From positions 45,632,001-45,696,000 of the forward strand of contig NC_083232.1 in the NCBI RefSeq assembly GCF_032191835.1: a DNA stretch of 64,000 nucleotides, written 5' to 3'. Source of the stretch: Heteronotia binoei (Eukaryota). Positions 1 to 13,015 of this stretch are shown piece by piece. Position 1 is the stretch's first letter. Every line of letters begins with the position of its first letter. The notes below the pieces were generated by a model. It made no database searches. It was not told the origin of the DNA and worked only from the letters and a program-made list of their open reading frames with translations. Made by a program: the position numbers and the translations under genes.

Positions 1-2079
1 ATAGAATTCCAGGAACCCTGGCATAACATTTGAGACTCCATCCTCCTAGCAACTGCCTCAGAGCTGGCTTTAAGATCCTGTTTGTATCTACAAGAGGGAA
101 AGCTGCATGGTGGTAGGGTTGGGGGAGGGAAATAAGCAAACTGAAAAGTTCTCTCAAAATGGTTCTTCTCTGGCTCCTTTACTAACATCATTCAGAAAGT
201 GGGAGAACAAAACAGAAATGCAGACAGTGATGGAGTCTGCTGGTGGACATGACCTCTTTATATTTTAGTGTTCAATGACTGCATTGTATCTTGGGGTGGA
301 TTGACGAGACCATGGACTAGACAATAGTAACGATATCAATGAGAGTATTTTTGAAAGTAAAAAAAGACCATTAGGGGATATAAAATTTCATGTGAAATGT
401 CTGGGCATCTCATTTTTTGCAAGATCAGAGTTGTGGTCAACTATAGACTTGTGGTCTGTCTGGGAGAAAGGTCTGGGTTTCAGAGGCTGTGAATCTGCTA
501 AATGGAACAGAACCCTTTGGAAACTCAAACATTAACTTGATGAGTTGTGGGATTCTTTTCTCTCCGAAGTTCTTTTCTTTTTACAGAAGGAAAACTATGA
601 ATAGTTAGTGGCTGTATTTTGGGGACGTTAACTATTTCCACATGAGGATGGTTCCCCAGCATGGGTGACACAGCATACCCCTGCCTTATTTGGGAGTATT
701 CATATGATGTCGTACTCTTTCTGAGCACAGCTTTTGGACTTCATGAAGCTTTCCATTTTAAGCTCCCTTACAGGGTGACAGTTGCAGACAAAGCATCCGT
801 ATGAAAGCTCTTGCCACAACCAATTGTGTGGGGTGGAGCTTAGCACTGCCTTTTAAATGATGCTCAGCACTGGCATCTCTCCCCCCTTAGTGCTTTAAAA
901 GGATTTTTAAAAAAATAACTGAGCCCAGGCTCAGCTGTGAGTTACAGCTCAGTTGTTGGTGGGAAGTGGGGCTGCTGAGATAGGAGGACTGGAAAAATTG
1001 TTCATGGGTTAGTTCTGTGTCAAGGTGACAAGCAAGAAGGAGGTGGGGAATGGTGGTACCAGCAGTGAACAGGGCAGAAACAGGGCATCTGAATCCACTC
1101 ACTGCTGTCAGCAGAATAAGGCCATCTTCTCTTACCCATGTGGGGGAAGCAGCCATTGTTTACTCATGTGCAGCCGACAATTTCCTGAAATCACTACATT
1201 GTACAGCTCCTTCTCTAGCCATTCTCCCTCCAAAGCAAGTGCAACTGGGGTGCAATTTCCCCCCAGCAGCAAAAATCAACAGAATTCTGGTTCTGTTTTA
1301 TACCCCAGGTACTTTTCAGTTTACAAGACAGAAGCTGTAAATGGTGTGCAGATTAAGAGTGTACAAAAAGGACAAAATTGTAGATACACTTCTCTGGGCA
1401 TTCTGCCCCGCCAGTGCAACTGGCTTGGGAATTTCCATGAGATTATTTCCAAAATAAAATCACATTTTCTAACCTCTCATTTCCTATTTGTTAAAAAAGA
1501 TGTAAAGAAATAATTGTAAAGTTATTTGCATATGGTTGCCAACTGGAGATCTCCCACTTTTATAATTGAGCTCCAGACTGCAGAGACCAGTACCCCTGGA
1601 GAAAAGGGCTGCTTGGGAGGGTGGACTTTATGGCTTTGAATCCCTGCTGAGTTCCCTCCCTCCCCACCAGGCTTGCAATTCTGTGCTGTTGCCACACAAT
1701 CTTTATCATCCTAGACTATGGAGGCACACAACATCTGGCCCTTGTTTTGCCTGGGATGGGTCCTCCTGCAGGCTTCGGCTACCTACATTTGAATGAGCAC
1801 TCATTCAAATGTAGGTAGCCGAATGTTTCCTAATTCAATTATTTTCTTTTTCAATGTTTCCTAATTCAATTATTTTCTTTTTCAATGTTTTGGTCACTGG
1901 TTTCAGTTCTCTGCTCCCCCCCCCCCCATGGGATTTGTGCATTCTTTTGTAATGTATACTGTACTCCACTGCACAGATGCACATGTGCTACAAGTACATA
2001 GGCTGTACATTTTCAGATGCAATGGCTGTAAAATCTATTTATACAATATATGCATCATTTGAGAAAGAAGGCTGCATGG

Positions 2080-2240
2080 GATAGCCAGATCTCATCAGAT
2101 TTTAGGAGCTATGCAAGGTCAGTATTTGGATAGAAGACCCCCGAGGAAGGCTCTGCAGAGGAAGGCAATGGCAAACCATGTCTGTACTAACTTGCTTTGA
2201 AAGCAGCTTGCTGGGGTCACATAAGTCATTTGTGACTTCA
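2080..2240 (+). mobile_element. 5S-derived SINE, short variant
   Basis: GATCTCATCAGAT...GGAGCTA...GAGGAAGGCAATGGCAAACCA. Confidence 0.65.
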
Positions 2241-2254
2241 CAACATGTACAGCA

Positions 2255-2445
2255 TTTAAATGTGATGTAGTAGCTAGAGTGTTGGATTAGGATACCCAGG
2301 TTGAAATCCTGCCACAAAGGTCTGCTGGGTGACCTTGCAGTCACGTAATGTCATCCTAACTTAACACACAGGCAGTTGCAAGGGGAAAAGTGGAGAACAA
2401 TGCAAACCGCTTTGGGTCCCCACTGGAGAGAAATAAATAAATAAA
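2255..2445 (+). mobile_element. MIR-like tRNA SINE
   Basis: TGTAGTAGCTAGAGTGTTGGATTAG head, GCTGGGTGACCTTG body, (AAAT)n tail. Confidence 0.65.
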
Positions 2446-5069
2446 GTAAATAAAAAATGTCTAATTCTGATTTATTGATGAACTTCATTGCAATAAATGA
2501 ACTTCATTGATTGATATACTTCATTGCAACCCTCCCACCCCAAAAAAGCAACAGGATGAAAAAAGAATGCAATGGAAATATAGAGGAAAAATGGACAAGA
2601 AAAGCCTAACTGACTCCAAATCTTCCTATCTAGATGGCAAGTGAAGACTATTTTCTTGGCTTCTAGCAAATGTGCTTCTAAAAGTCTGGATTCAGAGGCC
2701 AGCAAATGTTCTCTTCTTCAATGGTGGTGTTCAAGCTATTTTTGACTGCTTCAGCAGGGTTTTGCTTTGATTCTCCTGAGGTTAGCAGGGTGGTTACAAT
2801 ACTGGCAGAGTTACACAAACACGGCGTTCACAGCTCAGCAATCCTTGGATCCGCATTTGGAGTTCAAGGTGGGTGGCATGTCTGCAAATGCCAGTAAAGA
2901 GGCTACAGCAAGGTTGTTACAGAGACTAAATGACTCAGTACAGTCCCTTTGCAACTTGGAATTAAAGGGCCAGAAAGCCTTTCCCCGATGACTGGAAAAC
3001 TATTAGCAAATCTCAGTCAAATGGAATTCTTTTTAATGCTTGTTTTCATCTTATCTTCAAGAGACAGATGCAAATGACAAATAGCTCATTCACACACAGT
3101 GTAATCTCTCATCTGCCAAACATAAACAATTCCATTTGGGGAGGGGGTGAAAGTACAGGAATATAGATGTATACAGTCCAGAGAATACATGAAGCTTAAT
3201 CAAATCTTTAGTTTGTTGAGTTCAGACCAGTCTTCTCTGTCTGCCAGGAACTCTACCTGATCTCAGATGGAGAGAAGCCTTTCCCAACATCTTCCACTTG
3301 AGATCTTTTAACTGAGGATGCCAACAGTTGTACCTGGAACCTGCTCCATACAGGCATACCACAGCCCAATTCCCTGGCCAACATTTGTATTCCTTGAGAC
3401 AGAGGAGGAACAGAGGTTTCCTGCCATCTCCATGACTCTGCAGGGGCAGCAGGTGTGGTGTAAGAGGGGTGTGATCTGGGCAACAAAAAGCCTTTGGACC
3501 CCATCATACATTCTATGATGTCAAATGGGACCAACCTTCTCAAGTCAAAGCCCTTTTAGACCTCGTAGGACCTATTTTGGATATTCTTAATTTAACAAAA
3601 CTCTCAACAGAATTGTTCAGGAGGGCTTTTTAATAAGGGCAATAGGGCTATATTTTAGTTCAAAAGAGTGATTTAATAAAAGGAACTGGACTGTGGGCTA
3701 CACAATTGTGTGTAGCATGTATTATCTGTTTACCATATGTATTGTCTTGTTGTCACAACATTTTCTACCGGTCATTCCGCTTTTCAGCACTGTTAACATA
3801 TGACTAATATTTATGCTCTGTTCCATATTCCTGTAACCCTAATCTTAGCATTTTGTTTATCAGCTGTCATACTCTATCGATTGCACTAATTTAATATAAT
3901 CTGCTTTGAGTCTCAATGAGAAAGGAGAACTATAAATAATGGAAATCAATCAATCTCAGATAACCTCCATTCATCCAGCACCCTGAATTGGGCAGCAAGT
4001 TCTCAGTGATCCTCTTACTGTACCTAAATCTGAAAAGTTTTTAAGCCTGGCAATGTTCAGACTTGCTTCTCAACCTGCATAGTTCATATCTTCTTATGTA
4101 GCATGTTCACTTTTGTTTCTGAACAAGAATGATGCAGAGCATTTGATGGAGTTTCAAACTGCCTTCCCTTTGCTCAAACTTTCATTCAAACTCTCAGGCA
4201 TACAAATACAGATACTCTCGTTCATTCTATCAAACACTTGCCAGAGGTGCTCTAGGCTGACCCTGCATTGGACTAGGCTGACCCTGCATTGGACAGGGAT
4301 TGGACTAGATGACTCCTTCCATCTCTGTGATTCCATGATTCTATCTTCCCTGGTTGCTAAAGTAAAAGTGTTATGACTTTTCTGTGATTGAATGACTTGA
4401 ACTTTTTCAACCCCTCTGCCAGGAGTCTGGTTGCCAAAACTGAAGCAGCCACACAAGAGTAGTAAGAAAATGTAAAAAAAACTAGAAAGGGGGGAAACTA
4501 AACCAAATAATATTATAGTGCTTTTACCCAGAGCAGCAGTCTTGCCAAGGAAACCATATAACTTGCACTTATGTATGCCTTACAGAAAACATGTTTAATT
4601 AAAACAAGAGATGGGCAATAAACCTTTTAATGTCACTTAAATGCATGTTACTGTTATATTTAATTTCCTTTTGGAGTAACATAAAGTTGATCTTAAAACT
4701 AAAACCACACTCTTTATGGTTGAACTGGTAAATTAATCCAGTGAAGGCTCAGCTATTTAACTGCTGAAGGCAGATTTTAATTGGTGAGGGGGAAAGGGGC
4801 ACCAGGAATGGACACACTAGATTGGGACTCTTTCAACTTGTGGAAACTTTGGGAATTCTGAAAACAGGTAATAGGTGCCACCAAAAATGGCTGCCATGAA
4901 CTGCATGACCAAAACCAAAGTGGCTGCCATGGAGGCTGGAGCCAATGATAAAATGGTGGGAGATTCCAATCCAAGAGTCCTATGATAAAGCCAATTATTC
5001 CTAAATGGGTTCTGCATGCCAATGCAAGGATTCTGGGTTCTTCTGTACTACATTCTGGTTCAGTGAAAT

Positions 5070-6300
5070 GGAATAATAATAGAGTTGGAAGGGACCTCCA
5101 AGGTCATCTAGTCCAACCTGCTGCACAGTGCAAGAACTTCACAAATACCTCCCCCCCACACACGCACACTCCCTCAGTGACCCCTGCTCCATGCCCAGAA
5201 GATGGCAAAAACCTTCAGGATCCCTTGCCAAACTGACCTGGAGAAACATTGCTGCCTGACCTCAAAGTGGCAACCAGCATTTCCCTGGGTACGTAAGAAA
5301 GGGCCACAAGAACTAAGCATTGATGCAGCCCTTCTTGCCGTCCTTCTCATGATCTGCCTAATTCACAAAATCAGCCTTGCTGTCAGATATCTAGAAAGCC
5401 TCTGCTTAAAAACCTCCAAGGAAGAAGAGCCCACCACCTCCAGAGGAAGCCTGCTCCATTGAGGAACCACTCTGTCAGGAAGTTATTCCTAATGTTTAGT
5501 CAGAAACATTTGATTTAATTTCAACCTATTGGTTCTGGTCAGACCTTCTGGGGCAACAGAAAACAATTCTGCACCATCCTCTATATGATAGCCTTTCAAG
5601 TACTTGGAGATGGTGATTATATAATTTCTCAGTTGTCTCCTCTAGGCTAAACATACCCAGCAACCTTTCCTCATAGGACTTGGTCTCTAGACCCCCTCAT
5701 CATCTTTGTTGCCCTCCTCAGGACATGATCCAGCTTGCCTGTATCCTATATCCTTAAACTGTGGTGCCCAGAACTGAGCACAATACTCTTAGGTGAGTTC
5801 TAACCAGAGCACAGCAAAGTGATATCATTACTTCATGTGATCTGGACACTATGCTTCTGTTGATACAACCCAAAATTGAATTTACCTTTTTAGCCACCAC
5901 ATCATACTGCTGACTCATGTTCAGTCTATGGTCCACTAAGACCCCCTAGATCCTTTTCACACATACTACTGCCAAAATAAAGTCTCCCCCATCCTATAAC
6001 CATGCATTGGATTTTTCCTACCTAAATGCAGAACTTTACATTTATCCCTATTAAAATTCATTTTGTTTTAGTCCAGTTTTCCAACCTGTCAAGATCATCC
6101 TGTATCCTGTCTATGTCTTCTATTTGTATTTGTAACCTCTCAATTTAGGATCATCTGCAAGTTTAATAAGCATTCCCTCTATTCCTTAATCCGAATCATT
6201 TATAAAGATGTTGAACAAAACAGGTCCCAGGATAGATCCTTGAGGCATTCTATTTGTCACTCTTCTCCAAGAGGATGAGGGACCATTCAAAAGTACTCTT
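5070..6300 (-). mobile_element. CR1 LINE, 5'-truncated 3' fragment
   Basis: Reverse CR1 3' end (ATAGAGTTGGAAGGGACCTCCAAGGTCATCTAGTCCAAC). ORF 5754..5936 gives LNMSQQYDVVAKKVNSILGCINRSI (CR1 ORF2). Colinear with the copy at 33450. Confidence 0.93.
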
Positions 6301-7127
6301 TGGACTAAGATGTAGAAGACTTGGGTCTGAATACCTGCTGTACCATGGAAGCTTACTGGGTGCTCTTGGGTCCCTCTCTGTCTGCTTTACCTACATCAGA
6401 GGGTTGTTGTTGTGAGATCAAATATAAGAAGGGAGAATGATGTAAGCTACTTTGCAGGTGGTCTATATTTCTATAAATAAATGAAAGTGTAATGAAGATT
6501 GTCCACTAGGGGTCTCAAGAGGACATTGGAGAGGGAGGGAAAATGTTTTTAAAGGACCCCTAGAAATACTGCCATTGGGCAGTTTTGTAGCACACTGACC
6601 TTGCAAGGCAGGGGATCAACAGAATTTTAGCTAATATATTGGAAGAAGAAAAACAGAAAGAAACAGCATGGGGACTTCATTTTTTGGCAACAAGTAACCA
6701 ACTGTTATGTAAACCTGCTTCTAATTCAATAGCAAGTAAGTAACTTTGAAAAAGGCTGTGTGAGGTGCAATTGTAAGTGCAACTGATGCAGTGTGATGTT
6801 TCAATTTCTTATCTGTTGACTTTTGAAAGTGTCAGAGGCTGGAAATATTAAAACCACTGAGTCAAAGTGTCCAGAGAGCAATGGAGTTCAGGTCAGGGCT
6901 AGAGGTGGGAGGGCAGCAGAAACCAAGGGATTTGTCATTGCAACCCAGGGACTGAAACCAGGCAAGACCTGGCTTTATTAGACTGCCCCTCATTTTCAAA
7001 ATGGCAAATAAACCAAGTGTAAATACAGAGTGGTCAGTAGTTAGTATGCAACACCATCATTCTGCATTGCTCCTCTCTGGCACCCTGTAAGCCCTGCTTC
7101 TGGTCTTAAAATGAAGATATTTACTAT

Positions 7128-7320
7128 ACTGTAGCCTGATCTCAGCAGCTCTCCAAAGCTGAGGTAGGTCAGCCCTAGTCAGTATTTAGAAGGGAGACCA
7201 CCAAGGAATACCAGGGTCATGACATGGAAGTAGGTGATGGCAAATCACCTCAGAACATCTCTTGCCTTGAAAAGCCCACAAGGTCACTACTGTAAGTCAG
7301 CTGTGACTTGATGGCAAAAA
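7128..7320 (+). mobile_element. 5S-derived SINE, older copy
   Basis: Same architecture as the 25005 copy. Confidence 0.65.
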
Positions 7321-8429
7321 AAAAAAAATGAAACAAACAAAACCAGAGTTTGTGGAGTAGTTACCCAGTAACACACAGGAAGGTATGAGGAGGAAGCAAT
7401 TGTGGACAAGCAGGATCATAATTCCATCAGCTCAGTTTGCAGTGCAAAGTATCAGCTGTAAGACTTCAAATGACATGTTATTTTGTTGCAGGCAGACCGG
7501 GCCACCCAAGGCATGTTGCTGTCCCCCTGCAGCTGTGCCACAGAGTCAGAGAAGATCCCATGTGGCACATGTCATGCTTTCTGACTGGCATACGCAGATC
7601 TTTCAAAGGGGCATGTGACCCTTTGAAACAGCAGCTCAGGTTATGTCCTCTCATGTTTACCCTTTTGGTTTCCAAATAAAAAACTCTGTTTGCACCACAC
7701 ACACAGGGCTTATATGTTCTTGCCAAACAGTACTGTAATATCCAAGCCTATAATTAAACATCTCCTGTTAAAATAGAATTTGGGTGGCAGAAGCCATACC
7801 CCCTCTACCAAATCCGTCAGGACTTTTAAGGCTTAACTTGCACCCTCTCCCCCGCATGGCTCCTTTGTGCAAACAACCCCAATCCCTTTACATTTAGCAC
7901 TCTGTCTAATCCTCTTTTTTCAAGGCCACATCCCAGTTTCATTTGTGCAATCCAAAAAATGGGAAGTAAAAAGGCCAAGATGCTTGCTTTACAAGAGGAA
8001 AGACATGCTGAAGTACTGGAAATGGAGAAGACAAAGAATTCTTTAACTAAAATAAAAGATCAATATACAAATGCAGGGAGGAGGCAGGATAGTCGATCAC
8101 AAGAGGAATGAACGTCACTATTCACCGACTTAAAGGGCTAGTGAGACCCATGCTCCTGTGCTTTAGTGAAGCATTCTAATACATCTAAGCATTTTTGCTT
8201 AGCCTTTCCTGCACTGTCCTTCCTTCCCTTTGTTGTCTCACTTGCGTCAAGCACTAACCGTAAATATTTTAATACCTGTGTGGTAAATGAATATGTTAAC
8301 TGCACAGGGGGTTTGCCACTTAAAAAGTTGGCATCTGACTTCTTCGTATCTGGGCTTAAAGCTGGGTACCCGGATGTATTCTTTTCAGGTAAAACAGTCA
8401 CTGTACTGTTCGCTTTACTGTATTTTTGT

Positions 8430-9270
8430 CAGGCGCCGCGCTCTGCCTGATCCCCCCAAAGCTCGAAGGTGCTTTGTAGTTCTATCTAAAATATAATAAT
8501 TGTGTAAATTTGTAAATGTAAATTAACATATGCAGAAATTATGCAGCCCCCCCTTCTTTTGGCGTCTGATTGGGTTCTCTTTCGATGGACAACCTGGGAA
8601 AAAGGTGGCGAATCCTTTCCGGTCGGAGGACGGAGCTTGGCGACAGATTTCTGGAAAGCAATCGGGGAGAAGCAGCCGCCTGCCCCGTCCCGCCCTTTAC
8701 TCTCCCGCTGCCTCGCGACAGCAGCCACGCAACAGAGGCCCGCCGACGGCCTCTAGCTCAGCCCCACGCAGGGCGGAGTCAGCGGCGGGACCGCCCGTCG
8801 GTGCTCCCAGCTCAGTGCTCCGGCCGCTAAGCAAGCAAGCACGCGCTGCGTCTTCGAGTGCCCTTGGGAAAGCCGCCTGCTGCCGCCCCCGGCCGGTAAC
8901 TAGCGAGAGCTCTCCCGCTTCCTCTTTCCGCCCTCCCAACGCAACCTTGCCAGCCAGCGCGGCGCCTCCCGGCCAGCGTTGCGGGTGAATCCCGCCCCCT
9001 CCTTGCCTGCAGGGCGGGCTGCCTTCCTCGCCCAGCCTTCAGGGTTGCGGTTTGAGGTTTTTTTTGGGGGGGGGGGTGGAGGAGAGGGAAGCAGTTGCCA
9101 CGCCAGGTCGGCCTTCGCGTCCAAAGATGCGGGGCTTTCTAGCCCGTGGTTGGTTAGGGGAGGGGGGAAGAGCGGCCGCTGTTGCAGGAACTCTTTCCTT
9201 TACACGTTTCTATAGACGCGTGAGGCTGCATTCTTTTGTACTTCCAAGTTACGTCCCGGGCAAACCAAAC
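8430..9270. promoter_or_regulatory. CpG island, probable SDHAF3 TATA-less promoter
   Basis: Abrupt GC- and CpG-rich block in CpG-depleted surroundings, with several GC boxes (CCCGCCC/GGGCGG) and a reverse CCAAT (CTGATTGG near 8567). It is not TE-like and lies about 5.5 kb upstream of the SDHAF3 ATG. Confidence 0.78.
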
Positions 9271-9325
9271 TACTTTGTCATTGACATGGTTGTGAAGAAG
9301 GTACAATGACAGTCCCACATCACGC

Positions 9326-9770
9326 TAGGGTTGCCAGGTCCGACTCAGGAAATATCTGGGGACTTTGCAGGTGGAGCAAGATTGTGACAAGCAGGACTGG
9401 ACTCTGAAGGGAGTTCTGGTAATCATTTTTAAAGTGACCCGCGCTTTTAAATGCTTCCCTTCCATTGGGAATAATGGAGGATGGGGGCACCTTCTTAGGG
9501 GGCTCATAGAATTGGACCCCCTGGTCCAATCTTTTGGAAACTTGGGGATTTTGGGGGGGAGGGGTACCAGATGCTAAGATGAAAATTTGGTGCCTCTACC
9601 TAAAAAAACAGCCACCTCCCCAGAGCCCCAGGTACCCACAGATCAATCCTCCGTTATACTTTATGGGAATTGTCAGATATTTCCTTCCTCCTCCCCACTT
9701 TCTTATAAGACCGAAGGGGGGCTCTAAATAAGGCAATCTCCTGCCCCCCAACTGGGGACTGGCAACTCTA
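9326..9770. mobile_element. hAT (Blackjack-like) MITE
   Basis: TAGGGTTGCCAG ... CTGGCAACTCTA termini. Flanks CATCACGC / CATCACAG (6/8 TSD). Internal sequence shared with 22024-22410. Confidence 0.82.
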
Positions 9771-10299
9771 CATCACAGCCAGGAGCGGAAGAAACCTGTG
9801 CAGACTGTATTGGGGGGGGGGGGGATGGCATTGAATGCTGGTGGCGAAATCTTGCCTATGGAAAACTAGAAGGGCCAGTTATTTAATGTCACTTATAGCC
9901 CAGCTTTTCTGCTGAGACTTAAGGCAGATTGCTAGATTTTGGCGGCGGGGGGGGGAGGGGGTGGAATTGATTAGACATCAAGAATGCCAGTTAGCAGTGC
10001 AGTAGGTTTAGATACATCTATGGCTGTTTTCTTTGTATTGAGATTTTAATTTAAAACTGAAAACCTTCAGTCTTGGGAGGCCTTCAGAGCCAGAGGAATT
10101 TGTCACAGGCAGGTTTTCAACCTGAGCTGCTGTTTGGGTAGAACTAGACTTGAGGCTTTTTTCCCTCTTGGGCAACCCTGGGATTAGTTTTGTTTTGTTA
10201 TTTGCATTGACAACACAGGGATGATCAGATTCAGGCTGGGACATTTGGGCTCACTTCGACTGTAAGCCCCGTTGAACACATTCAGATTTATGGCTGGTT

Positions 10300-10395
10300 A
10301 GCCCAGGTAAACTCAGTCTCATCAGATCTTGGAAGCTAAGCAGGGTCAACTGTGGTTAGTACTTGGATGGGATACTTCCTTGAAATACCTAGTCT
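10300..10395 (+). mobile_element. 5S rRNA-derived SINE head
   Basis: TCTCATCAGATCTTGGAAGCTAAGCAGGGTC...GGTTAGTACTTGGATGGGA matches the 5S internal control region but is diverged and lacks the 5S ends. Confidence 0.75.
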
Positions 10396-11199
10396 GGAGG
10401 AGAGGGGGAGGCTTATTCAGCTTCCTCCCTGAATATCTTTCAGGCCCCCAGTAGAGGTGGGTCACCAGAGGTCATCATTACTTCCAAGTGTGGACACACA
10501 CACAAAAAATACAAAAATATCCCACACACAAAAAACTGTAGGGCTGAGCATTGGGTGTACTCAAACTATATAGGAGCCCCTCCTTCCCCCAATTTGTGCC
10601 AGCATTGGCCTTTGCATGCCTTTTGGGGAAAGATTATTTGAATTCACAGGTAAAGGTATGGAGGAACCAGAGCTGGATTTATGTCCAAACTAAGCCAACT
10701 TGAGTTTAAGGACTCAGATCATGAGGGGCCTCTAAATATAAACAGATTATTAAAGATTACACATGTAGTTTTTATAATGGGTCGTTTTTAATCTTAACTG
10801 AAAATGAGAAAAGGGGGGGGGGGAGGAAAATAAATTTAACCCAATCCAAACCGAAGTAAGTACAAGAAGGTTAAGAAAATATAAATGTATAGGCCCAATA
10901 ATAATGTTAATTAAATTAAAAAATTAAAAATATAAACAAATGTGCTAAAATATACAGGTATTGGTCCTCACATTAGCCTAATTACCATTGATAATATAAA
11001 ATGTCATCTATAAGTGAGAAATATTGACCCTTGCTCAGTAGTCAAACTAATAATGCTAAACATGGCTCCTGACATAACTATACCAAATTCATTTATCCTA
11101 AACTGACCTAGATGAAGTTATTCTGATAATTACTGTCTGACCAAAGGCAAGGGTCAAAAGCCTTATTCCTTTTAAAATTTATTTGTATCTATTATTATA

Positions 11200-11600
11200 A
11201 TAATCAGGTTTTTTTTAAAAAAAAAACAATATACATATAACAAAAAAAAACATAAAACAAAAGCATTGGTGAGGTCATAGTGTACAACAAAGAGAAAAAC
11301 AAAGGATACAAATATGGAAATAAACAATCTTGGATACTTAAAACTCCAGAGGGTAAGAATAAAGTTAAACAGATTTATATTATAAGCTCACTTATTCATT
11401 AAACATTTAATAACATAAATCATTTTTAAAGTAGAGCAGATCATGGGAGAAGCGATTTTGTGAGAGAATATCATGTTTGGTAAGATATTCTGCTATTCGG
11501 TACCAGAAGACCTTATATTTTAAAAGACTCATTCTTATAATGATGATGCAGTTGTGTACCTTTCTTGCTTGGTCAGAAAAATCCTGTAGTGCCAAGAACC
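11200..11600 (-). mobile_element. Possible degraded L1 3' end
   Basis: T/A-run tail then an AT-rich ORF remnant (KVFWYRIAEYL) resembling an L1 ORF2 terminus. Weak. Confidence 0.35.
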
Positions 11601-12398
11601 AATAGTGATTTGATAATGTGAATAGTGATGATGGCTATATACATTAGGCCTTCATGACACCGACACCATCACAGGTTGCACTGAAGAGCCACAGCTGTAT
11701 TAACTTGGATGACGTGCTGCTAGGCTCCATGCCTGGTTATTTTTCTTTGATCCTTTCCTCAGTGAGGATTAATCATCCAACCTGTCCTAATACTCCCACA
11801 GCGTAATTGCATTGGAAGATAAAATGCTGTACGGAAACTACAATTCCCCCTTCCTGTGCTTGCTTACTCACTAGGTCAGGCACTTACTGGTCAGCCCTCC
11901 CACCTATATGTCTGTAGCACTACCATCTCCACCTGTCCTGGACAGGTGGAGATGCAACTCTAGCTGGAGGGGGGGTGCTCACACTCTGCCTCTCCCTGCC
12001 TGCTTGTGGTACAGGGATGCCAGCTCCTCTTCAGATGGGCAGTGCCAGTTCCCACTTCTTCCCCAGTTGCCCATTATCAGGCTCCTCCCAGCTTTCCCAC
12101 ACTTACCAGCAACTCTGAGTGACAGAAACAGGGAACCATCAGCCTCCCAGCATGTCAAGGTTATTCCTGGCCCTTGGTGGCAAGAGTGGTCTGACATAGC
12201 TGTGGGCATTAAGACAGGCTGTCACAGGACCTCAATCAGCATCTCCGTCAGATAGCTGGTAGAGGTGCCCAGTCTTGGTGGAAAGGGGACAGGGGTAGCC
12301 ACACCGCACATTTTGCTTGCAACAGTTTCCCCTGTGGAAGGATAAGGAATGCTGTCTCAAAATGGTAGCCATTTTCTTTTTGACTGCTTCAAATAGAG

Positions 12399-13015
12399 CA
12401 AGGGTGGGGAACCTTTGTTCTGCCAAGGGCCATATGGATATTTATAACATCATTCGAGGACCATAAAAAATTATCAACTTAAAAAACAGTGCTCCCCCAA
12501 GGGAGAATGATTCAGGCCAGCAAAATTAATGCAAATAATTTTTTTTTTCTATTTGAAGTCATGTGGGGAGAGCCTAATCTGGCACACATACACCCGGCTC
12601 ATCGCCCTAGGCAAATGCATAGGTCCAGGGCTTTTTTGTAGAAAAAGCCCAGCAGGAACGCAGTGGCATATTAGACCACATCCCCTAATATTAGCATATT
12701 AGGTCACACCATCTGAGATAATCAAGTGCAAACTGAAATTGTGACAGTAACTTTTTCAGGCCCTACAGAAATTCTGGCCAGCCAGTCAGGCCCCAGGGAG
12801 GCTGCTGCACAGTACATCTGGGCCCTGTGATCTCTGCCTGGCCCTGGGGAGGCTGCTGCATAGTGCGGCTGGGCCCCACAATCTTCGCTGGTCAGCCAGG
12901 CCCGCGGGAGGCTGCCACATGGCAATTCATGTATCTGTCCAGCAACTCCTGAGGGCCACACCAAGTGACCTTGAGGGCTGCATATGGCCCTCGGGACAGA
13001 GGTTCCCCACCCCTG
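12399..13015. mobile_element. Non-autonomous hAT (Charlie-type) MITE with exact 8-bp TSD
   Basis: TIRs CAAGGGTGGGGAACCT ... AGGTTCCCCACCCCTG. AAATAGAG duplicated at 12391-12398 and 13016-13023 (NNNTANNN). Carries a nested CAGGGCTTTTTT-family fragment near 12627. Confidence 0.92.

Noticed and set aside
8530-9309. Overlapping ORFs in the CpG island
   Set aside because: Low-complexity Ala/Pro/Arg/Gly products typical of stop-poor GC-rich DNA, with no recognisable homology.
10300-10395. 5S rRNA gene
   Set aside because: Diverged, lacks the 5S 5' end and terminator, and the same head recurs in dispersed SINEs.
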